A DNA stretch of 64,000 nt, from the NCBI GenBank assembly GCA_964019335.1, contig OZ025658.1:496001-560000 (forward strand), given 5' to 3'. The DNA is from Diplonema japonicum (taxonomy: Eukaryota > Protista > Euglenozoa: Diplonemea). Position 1 is the stretch's first letter; each line of letters begins with the position of its first letter. The translations under genes and the position numbers were made by a program. The notes below the pieces were generated by a model. It worked only from the letters and a program-made list of their open reading frames with translations. It was not told the DNA's origin and ran no database searches. This document shows, in pieces, positions 44,339-53,449 of this stretch.

Positions 44339-46601
44339 ATGCCCACCTGCCCGGACTGTAAAACAGAGCGACCGGGAAATTTCTGCCCGGAATGCGGAAC
44401 AAGGCTTTTGAAGGAAAAAGGAGGCGGGAAGGGATCGAACTCCCCAACGCCAAGACAATCCGTTCAAGCCTCCGACCTGGCAGGGCTGGTGGGACAATAC
44501 CAAGGAACAAACATCCGGAAAAGAATCGCAATGGTAAGCAGCAGCTCCGTGGGGATGAACCGTATATCAGTCGCGGTTCGAAAACGACCGTTAAACTCAA
44601 ACGAGACCGGCCTGGACATCATCAGCGTAGACAGCTTGAACACAATGAAAGTCTTGGAACCTAAAAAGAGCGTTGACGGAACCCGGTTCATAGAACCCCA
44701 TGATTTCTTTTTCGACGAGGTCTTCGACGATTCAGATGGAAACGAAGAAGTCTACAAAAGAACAGCGAAACGGCTTATATCCCTAGTATATGACGGGGGA
44801 TATTGTTCTTGTTTCGCATACGGGCAAACGGGTTCGGGGAAAACATACACAATGATGGGGACCAACTCGGCGGAGAAGGGTCTCTACCTACAAGCATCCG
44901 ACGAAATATTCTCGAGGTTGGAACCGAACCTCTGCGTGGAAATTTCATTCTTCGAGATCTACGCTTCAAAGCTGTACGATTTGCTCAACAACAGGGAACC
45001 TATCCACGCCAGAGAAGATGAGAACAAACAAGTTCACATCCGTGGTCTCACCGAACACCGTATTGAGTCATCAGCCGACATGATGGTCTATGTCAAGAAA
45101 GGCTTGGAAAACCGATCACAATCTACCACTACTATGAACGATGAATCCTCGCGTTCCCACGCAATTCTAGACATTAAACTAAAACTCAGCTCCGGGAAGC
45201 AAATCGGAAAGCTCTCTGTTGTTGATCTTGCGGGTTCCGAGCGGGCCGCTGTGGGCCACGCAGGCGACAAACAAGTTCAAATGGAAGGCGCGGAAATCAA
45301 TAAATCCCTTCTCGCTCTGAAAGAGTGCATCCGTGCACTCGATCAAGGCGCGAAGCACGTCCCATTCCGCCAATCTGAACTAACCCAGGTTTTAAAAGAA
45401 TCCTTCATAGGCGATAACGGCCACACCATGATGATCGCAAACATCTCTCCTTCAAACGATTCTTGCGTGGAAACGCTTAACACTCTTCGATACGCGTACA
45501 GAATAAAAGCCCTCACAGTCGACGACGAGGTTAAGAAAAAATTCTCCGGAGCAGGGCTTGACTTCTCCAAGACAACATCATCCTCGAACCAAATTAAAAA
45601 CGCGCAGGGGGATCTCATAAGAACTTCGAAAGAAAAACCGAAATGCCCTGGATGTTCCACCGAAAAGCGAAACCTCGCCGCGCTTGAAGCCCACAAGGAA
45701 ACCTGCCCGCTCATGACCGTTCAGTGCCAACACTGCCCCACATCGTTCAAACGAAAAGACCAGGAGAAACACAACAAAACCTGTGTGAAGTATCCAGTCG
45801 AGTGCCGGCTGTGCAAAGAGGCGATTTCACGCGATGCATTGAAACGCCATCAAACAGTGGACTGTCCTAAAGGAGAAACGTCCTGTTTATTCTGCAGAAA
45901 GAAACTTCTGAGAGAAGCATTGGAGCAACACAAAAACACGTGCGAGCAACGGGTTATAACCTGCGAAGACTGCTCTGCCAAGGTGAAATTTTCCCAAATG
46001 CAAGGGCACAAGCGAACCTGCAAGAAAGGCAAGGGGCGGGACTCCACAGCTTCCTCAACCTCGCCCCCGTCTATCGCACCACTGGGCAACAACGGCTCAA
46101 GCATCGCGCTTCCTGTTAAAGAAGCGGCGGCTGCTGTTCCCATTGTATCGAAGGTTGTCCCCCGACCATTGGCTCCCATTGTGGAAAGAGATGATGACCC
46201 CAGTCCGACTAATAGCCCTACTGTTGTGACACCCACACCGCCTGTTTCAAATGGGAAGCGGGCTTCGCAAGGTGGACGTGGGTCGAATGCGAGCGGAACA
46301 AGCCCTACACCGATCTGTCCTTTTAAAGATCTTGGTTGTGGGTCGTCAGGGTGTGATAGTGATTCCCATGTCACGCTGTTGTTGAAGGAAAACCTGGCTT
46401 TGCGAAAAGACTTGGCGGCAGTGAACTACCGGTTGGAAATTTTGGAGAAAACGGTCAATGCTGGCAGGGGAGGCAAGGTATTTTTCTTTTTTTTGGAAAA
46501 AAAAAAAAAAAAAAAAAGTAAAGTTTGCAACGTTAACCGGCCTTAACGGCATACAGAACATGATGCCAGCGACGGCTGCTGGGAACCCTCAAACCCTGTG
46601 A
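44339..46601 (+). CDS. Kinesin-13 with N-terminal Zn ribbon and C-terminal TRAF-type Zn fingers; intron 46478-46556 (727 aa)
   Basis: VAVRKRPLN, FFFDEVFD, GQTGSGKT, NDESSRSH, DLAGSER, INKSLLALKECIRAL, HVPFR; CPDC..CPEC N-terminus; repeated CxxC-x11/12-H-x3/4-C fingers. Confidence 0.92.
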
Positions 46602-47605
46602 TGGGGGTAGGGGAAGGAACCTTTTTTTTGCGTAAAAAAAAAGACGTTATTCTGTTGTGTTCTTTCTATCCCCCCCCCCCTTTTTTTTTCCATGAGTTAT
46701 TTTCAGTCTTTTTACGTTTTTTTATTTTTTAACTACCGTATTCGGGAAAAAAAATTTTTTTTTCGACGCCAGGCAACAATGTATTGCTGAAATTTATTCC
46801 TAGATTGACTATATTCCCGATGAACACGAATGCAAAGAATCATCAAGGGGATGGGGTTAACAAATAAATAGAAATGCCGAAACACCCTCTGTCGACGTGT
46901 TCTTTTTTTTTCTTTTTTTTTTAAACACATTTTCCGAATTTGGGTACCTTATTATTTCTTTCTTAACAGCTGAAACTTTTATCGAACCCCCCCCCCCCCT
47001 TCGTTTTGTTGTTTTTACTGTGTGTTTGCAGGTGAGGGAGGTTTTTTTTTTTAGAATTTACTTACTCAGTAAGGGAGATCCCCCCCCCCCCCTCTTATTC
47101 TCCCCTTTGACCCCAATCTTAGTGCGAATAACCCCTAGCCCTCACTTTCCTTCTTTTTTTTGTTCATTGACACCATAAGAGAAAAAAAAATGAGGGCCTG
47201 CAGTACCTACTTTTTCCATCCGTAGAATTGTCAAATAAAAGTTTTACCATTGACCCACAACAAAATATGAAAAATAAAAAAACATACTTTTTTTTTCCTT
47301 CTCGGGGCGGGTTACGCACGGTGCTGCTAAAACAATGATCAAATGTAAGAAAAGACAGCGAGAGGGGGGGAGGGGGGGGCTGGCAAAAAAAACGGCAGGC
47401 TATAAATGATACCCTTGCGGTGCACATTTGGTGCCCTTTGGGTGGATATGAACACTTTGGCTGTGTGTGTCCTTTTAAAAAAAAAAGTTATTTTTACATT
47501 TTTCAATTTTTTTTTCTTTTTCAAAAAAAAAAAAAAAAAAAAAACCAAAAGGGAAAAAAAAAAAAAAAAAAAATCCACGAAAATTCTGCGTGAGTCCCAC
47601 ATGCC

Positions 47606-48205
47606 ATGCCTCTAAGCCCGATACAGCGATCAGTGTACAAATCCTTGTTACGAAGGGCTAAGGATGTTGAAGGTTCGGTGGTGTTGCCGCATTTTTACTG
47701 CAGCGCGATGATGCTCGCGGCGAGCGCGGAGCTGAGAGAGGTGGTGAGGAACGAAGTCGAGCGATGGGGCATGGACGGGGGTGGAGACGTACAACAAGCG
47801 GTACGGGGGTGGGCCCGGCGGGGCAACACCGCCATAGGGCTTGAAGGGTGCAAGATCCTATCCATGCTGAAGGTTATGCAATCTTGCGACATGACTCCAT
47901 TCAAGGACGGTGACGTTGTCAGACACCGGGTCTTCGGTGATGTAGGTGTGGTAGTCGCAAGACACACCCACTGCACGATGGGCAAGGCTTGGCTAACACG
48001 CAACATGGGTTCGCCATCCCACCCTTTCTCTTCTGAGCCGTGGTACGACATCGTCTTAGACCAGCAGCATGGTGGTTTCACACGACACGGGGCGCACCGT
48101 AACCATGAGGTAGTGAGGTCAAAGGTAAACCACCCTGTGCTTCAGTCTGAAGGGTGGCATTATGACCCGAGTGCTGGAAAATACACCCCTCCGAGCCGGG
48201 GTTAG
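47606..48205 (+). CDS. YccV/HspQ-like (hemimethylated-DNA-binding) domain protein with LYR-like N-terminus
   Basis: FKDGDVVRHRVFGDVGVVV...W...PWYDIVLD pattern; N-terminal VYKSLLR. Confidence 0.7.
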   Translation: MPLSPIQRSVYKSLLRRAKDVEGSVVLPHFYCSAMMLAASAELREVVRNEVERWGMDGGGDVQQAVRGWARRGNTAIGLEGCKILSMLKVMQSCDMTPFKDGDVVRHRVFGDVGVVVARHTHCTMGKAWLTRNMGSPSHPFSSEPWYDIVLDQQHGGFTRHGAHRNHEVVRSKVNHPVLQSEGWHYDPSAGKYTPPSRG

Positions 48206-48400
48206 AGAAAGATGTTGTTGCTTTGTTCCATTTTTTTTTTTTTTTTTTTTTTTTTGTGTACACATTATTTTTCTATTTTTTTTTCTCCTCTTTTTGTTTC
48301 AAAAAAAACTTTTTTTACCTATCAAAAAAAAAAAAAAGAAATCGCAAGCTTTTTTTAAGGGGGTTACTGTACTGGGTAAGCTAATCAATCATTCAAAAAA

Positions 48401-49280
48401 ATGACAAAACCCGGCTCGTCCGCCTCCACGGAGGCGCCGTCCGGGGGCTTCGGCCGCGAAGAGACGAGCGAGAAGGGGTGGGCACTTCAAGTGCGCAGGT
48501 GGTACGACGGGCAGGTGAGGAGCTTTGGCTTCCGCCTGCGTTCATGCGGAAACCAGGGAGGACAGTTGTTTCGTTGTCTCTCCTTCATCAGACACGGAGA
48601 GGTTAGTGCCGAAGCGACGATCCGCGAGTTGGTCGCATCGGTGATCGGATCGAACAAGGAACTGTACTCGAGGTTCCTTGCGGTGAGGCTCGACGACTAC
48701 GTCGTTGATTGGCCCGGAGAGGGGGCGCCGGTCGGCTGGCTGGCGGAGATCGGGGGTGAATACTGCCCTGAAGAAAGAAGATGAGGAGGGCCCCGACGGC
48801 CTAATGACGACCAACCCGGACCTGGTTCAGCCGGAAGTCGCGTCTCTCCCGGAGATGATCGCATTCGACTTTGAGGCCACGACCAAACAGCTAATCATGG
48901 AAAAACAGCTGACGTACGCAAGCGTGCAAACCGGCTAGCTAGAGTCTTGACAAAACTGTCAGAGGTGGCCGAAAAGAAAGCACGATCCCCTCCTATCCCC
49001 GGGAAACCCTTCTTGACATCCTCCCTCCGATCCATTGGTGCAAACAAACGGATCCGAGGGTATACCTGCAGACCCACTTTCACATCATACGACAAGGTGC
49101 GCTTCATCCTCGAACAGCGACTCGCAACCGGCTCACCGGAGAGACGACTGGAACAATAAATTCGTGCCGACCTACCTCGAACCAACCCGAAGAATTCCCA
49201 CCCCATCTGCCGATAAGAATGCAGCGACGCAGAAGGGAAAGATAGACCCACCACCACGCTGCACACTTAACGCCAAATAG
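48401..49280 (+). pseudogene. Degenerate retroelement-derived segment: OTU-like fragment followed by a broken copy of the retrotransposon C-terminal domain
   Basis: GGQLFRCLS..RHG...IRELV...N.ELY..FL...DDYV (OTU-like, catalytic Cys absent); MIAFDFEATT and GYTCRPTF resemble MELAIDYEQTT and GYDRRPLF of the next ORF; stops and frameshifts present. Confidence 0.55.
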
Positions 49281-49324
49281 TGTTGCAACCAAAGCCCCAT
49301 TTTTTTTTTTTTTTTTTTTTTTTT

Positions 49325-50830
49325 CAAGTCGACGATGTTGACGAGCACTGTGCTACCGTCGTGTCTGTACGGAGCAACGTATGCGGCACCCTCGGACGAC
49401 CAGCTGAAGAAGATGTGTACAGCGGCAGTGGTCTCCCTGTGGGGCCCCCAGTTCGGGATGAGAAACCCCGTGTCTGTACTGAGCGTTCTGCTGCCAGGGC
49501 ATACGGCACATCCGCTGTCGAAGGTCATCTACGGAACGATAAACAGCTTGGTCCGGGAGAGCCTGGCCTCTCCGCGTTTGCGGCAGCGTGTTGGTGAGAT
49601 CATTGGTCTATACCAGGACCGTGATGACGATGAGGTGATGGGTCCGATTGGAGTCCTGCGGAACAGATGGCTCCCCTTTCTGGGGAAGGGATGGTCCTTT
49701 GTGGCCGACCTGCACGGAGATACAGCGGTGGCTCACAAAGTGAGGCAAGCCATCAGACCGGCAGTTGCGAAGAGGCTGATCGAGAAGAGATCAACCTTCG
49801 TGGGGATGGAGGCAGGGGCGTGCCCGTCCACGAACTATTGGTGGAAAAAGCTCCAGGCCCGGAGACCGTTGGTGTCCTTTAGGTTGCGGCGCATCATTAG
49901 TGGTGCAGTGTTCACGACTCACCCGAGGGTGTGGGGGAGAAAATTGGATGGCCCTGGTGTGGAAAACCCAGCATTAGCGTGTGACGTTTGCGACCACCGG
50001 TCCCAGACAACGACCAGCATGACGGAGCATGCACTGTGGGAGTGCGAGCCGGCAAGGAGTGTGTTGGAAAGCGAGCAATACGCAGAGGTGAAGCGAGAAG
50101 GCCTCCCAGCTGCCACAGCCCTTCACGGGATAGTCCCAAGAGGAGCCGACAAAGCAGGGAAAGAACGTGCCAGGATGGTGCAACAATACCTCCTGAAAGT
50201 AGTGACGGTCCGTGACGCCAGAGCAGCGGAAAAAAGCAAGAGAGTGCTCACCTCCAACCCTTGGGATGAGGTAACGACAGGGAGGCAACATGATGTTCCG
50301 ACGGAAGCGTTGCTGAAGGCGAACGGGGCGTCAGGCGCGGTCCTGACCTTTCATCTGAAGAACGTCCTCAAGTGGCTAAGAGGCCTACGATGGTACGATG
50401 GTAAGAAGAAAACTTCCGTCACTACAATGGAACTCGCCATAGACTATGAGCAGACCACCCGCCGGTCACTCATAGGTCCCCTCGACGATCAGGACCTGCT
50501 CACGGAGAAGGCCGCAAGGATGCGATACATCTTGGGTCGCATCCAGAAATGCTCAGCACGCTGTGGAAGGTCAGCCTTCCCCGCCAACGCCAAATCAAGG
50601 GTGCATACCCTTCGACATCTTGGGGGCCCGACGGCACACGGCTACGACAGGAGACCACTCTTCTCCTCGAGCCAAACCCCCCCCTACCTAGCACGACTCC
50701 AAGCAGTGTTTCTCGCCCAGATGCCGTCCATCTCATCGCGACAAACAGCCACCGCAGGCACCAGACAGCAACCGCAGAACGGTGACCGATTAGTGTGAAT
50801 TTCTACCTGAACAGTGAGCACCCCCATGCA
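49325..50830 (+). mobile_element. 5'-truncated non-LTR retrotransposon (RT thumb end, zf-RVT-like Cys/His motif, C-terminal domain; ORF 49335-50798)
   Basis: VLPSCLYGA (RT thumb-like), LRRIISGA, CDVC...EHALWEC zinc motif; abrupt start after a T run; no RT catalytic core. Confidence 0.7.
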
Positions 50831-52026
50831 CACTGAAATTTTATCGAGTTTTTTTTTTATTGTGTGCGCTCGCGAACAAGAAGAAGTGACATGTTGTCAT
50901 TAAACGAGTTTTTTTTTTTTCTTTCCGGTTTTTTTTTTCTTCTTCTTTCCCCCTCTTCTTCCGGTTTTACGCTTTACAGCTTTTTTTCGTTTCTCTCTCT
51001 CTTTTTCTTTTTCATTTCCTTCTTTTTTTTATAAAGAAAGGGAATGAAAATTGTCACATACACCATTTCACACTAATTGCTGGCACTGCACTTTTTTTCT
51101 TCTTTCTCCTTGAACCTGGATTGCCCCCCAAAAAAAAGATAGGTAGCCTGAGAATTAGCTGGCATATGGAGATTGCAATTGTACCGTTTCTGTATCTCTC
51201 TCTCTTTCTCTTTCTTTAAGTGGTGTCCAGGTGCGATGCGCGGCAGCAGCATGGGAGGGGAACATCTGCCAATTGAACATTGCGCAGGGTTCATCCCACC
51301 AATCCCTAGCTGGTCTGCAGGCGGTCGCCATGGGAGGTTTGCTAGAGGGCGGGCAGGGCCTGTCCCCAACGGTGGTGGTCTGGGTCGGCACGGTTGGCTC
51401 TCAGACCAGTAGTCGCTCGAGGGGCCGTGACCGAAACCAGGCTGCCATCGGGGGGACGCGGGCAGTCGTGGGCACACGGCTGCACGTCGGGTCGCTGGCT
51501 TGGACGCCACTAAAGAGCGAACCCTACGGGTGGCGGTGTGAATTACGCATTCGTTACCTCGAAGGGGGTGTAATGATTCTTGAGAAGAAAGCACACACCT
51601 AATGGGCGGAGCTCTGGTAAAGCTTTGTAAGTGCAACCACTTCGATAGATGAATACTTCTGGAGCAAACATCGCGGGAAAAAAAAAAAAGATTCTTTAAG
51701 GGTGCAAGGTGCTTTGAGGGGTAAAAACTTATGAGTAGATTATGCAGGGAATTTTCTTTACGTGCACACAAGACCGAAAAAAAAAAAAAAAAAAAAAAAA
51801 AAAAAGCACTTCGATCACATCCATGAGAGATATATACAAAAAAAAAAGAAAATCATTCTCTAGATATGTGGCGCTGGGGGGTGGGGGGGATCCATTTTAT
51901 TTTGTGACATTTCTCTCTCTTCCCCTATTCCGCCTCCCTCCCTCACCGTCCTTTTATTATTTTTCCTCCCACAAAAAAAAAAAAATCCACAACAGACACA
52001 CATTAAAAAAAAAAAAAAAAAAAGAA

Positions 52027-53322
52027 ATGCGAGAAATTGTCTCCATCCAGGTAGGACAGGGCGGGAACCAAATCGGTGCAAAATTTTGGGAGGCGATATC
52101 GAAAGAACACGGGCTGGACCCCTCCGGTGAGTACGAAGGCACTTGTACGGAACAAACAGAGAAAATCCGGGTCTACTACAACGAGGAGCCGACGGGACGG
52201 TACGTCCCACGCACGGTGCTGCTGGACCTCGACCCCTCAACACTAGACGGCCTACGACAACTTACACTTTACAGAAAGGAAAACTTCGTCTCAGGCACCG
52301 CAGGAGCAGGGAACATCTGGGCGAAAGGATATTACTCAGAAGGCGCCGACATGCTAGACCCAACAATGGACACAATACGGAAAGAAATCGAGCGGTGTGA
52401 AGGCCTGCAAGGGTTCCAACTGTCGCACACCCTCGGCGGCGGGACAGGCTCCGGAATGGGAACGCTGCTCCTCTCACATCTCCGAGAGGAGTACCCTGAC
52501 AAAATGATGCTAACCTTCTCAACAGTACCCAGGAGGACGAGGAGCTTCGTCGCGGAGCCGTACAACACGGTCCTGTCTGTACACCAGCTGATCGAGAATG
52601 CAGACGCCTGCGTCATGCTGGACAACGAGGCGCTTTACGATATATGCTACAGAACGTTGAAATTACAAACCCCAACCTTTGCCGATGTGAACCGCCTGGT
52701 GACGGAGGTGACCACAGGGGTCACCTCGACCTTCAGGTTCAGAGGCATGTTGAATGCGGATATTCGAAAGCTAGCCGTCAATTTGGTACCTTACCCAAGG
52801 CTGCATTTTCTTATGGCGAGCATTGCGCCGTTGACGAAACGGGTGTTGACCGTTCCGGAACTGACGCAGCAATCTTTTGACGCGAAAAATATGGTGTGTG
52901 CTGCCGATCCACGGCATGGGAGGTACCTTTCGTCGTTCGCTACGTTCCGCGGTCCCGTGTCGAAAAAAGAAGTCTCCGAGCAAATGTTGAATGTGACCAA
53001 CAAAAGCTCCAGCTACCACGTTGAGTGGATCCCGAATAATTTGAAATCGACCGTTTGTCCTCTGACGGGGCAGGCCCCCTCCTCCTGCTTCGTCAGCAAC
53101 AGCACCAGCATACAGGAAATGTTCCGAAGCGTATACAACCAGTTCGCACCGTCGTTTGCGAGAAAGAACTTTCTCCACTGGTACCTTGGTGAAGGGATGG
53201 ACGAGATGGAGTTTAAAGAAGCCGGAGAACACCTCGACGAACTGAGCAACGAGTACCAACGGTACCAAGATGCAACCATTGAAGATGATGGCGAATGGGA
53301 CGACGATGGAGGAGAATATTGA
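52027..53322 (+). CDS. TUBB: Divergent beta-tubulin (431 aa)
   Basis: MREI start at 52027 (the ORF-track extension is homopolymer UTR); [47 protein letters not shown], acidic tail. Confidence 0.93.
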   Translation: MREIVSIQVGQGGNQIGAKFWEAISKEHGLDPSGEYEGTCTEQTEKIRVYYNEEPTGRYVPRTVLLDLDPSTLDGLRQLTLYRKENFVSGTAGAGNIWAKGYYSEGADMLDPTMDTIRKEIERCEGLQGFQLSHTLGGGTGSGMGTLLLSHLREEYPDKMMLTFSTVPRRTRSFVAEPYNTVLSVHQLIENADACVMLDNEALYDICYRTLKLQTPTFADVNRLVTEVTTGVTSTFRFRGMLNADIRKLAVNLVPYPRLHFLMASIAPLTKRVLTVPELTQQSFDAKNMVCAADPRHGRYLSSFATFRGPVSKKEVSEQMLNVTNKSSSYHVEWIPNNLKSTVCPLTGQAPSSCFVSNSTSIQEMFRSVYNQFAPSFARKNFLHWYLGEGMDEMEFKEAGEHLDELSNEYQRYQDATIEDDGEWDDDGGEY

Positions 53323-53449
53323 TCGATACCATCACCACCATCCTTAGCCCCTTTTTTTCTTCTTTTTTTCTTCTTCTTCCAGAACCCTCGAGAAAAAAAA
53401 AGGGGGGAAAAAAAAAAGTGCGGGAGGGGAAAAAAAAAAAAAAAAAAAA

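Noticed and set aside
51742-52026. N-terminal extensions given by the ORF track (tubulin; also 8205, 32389, 57872, 62838)
   Set aside because: Homopolymer leader sequence; the conserved or signal-peptide starts lie at downstream ATGs.
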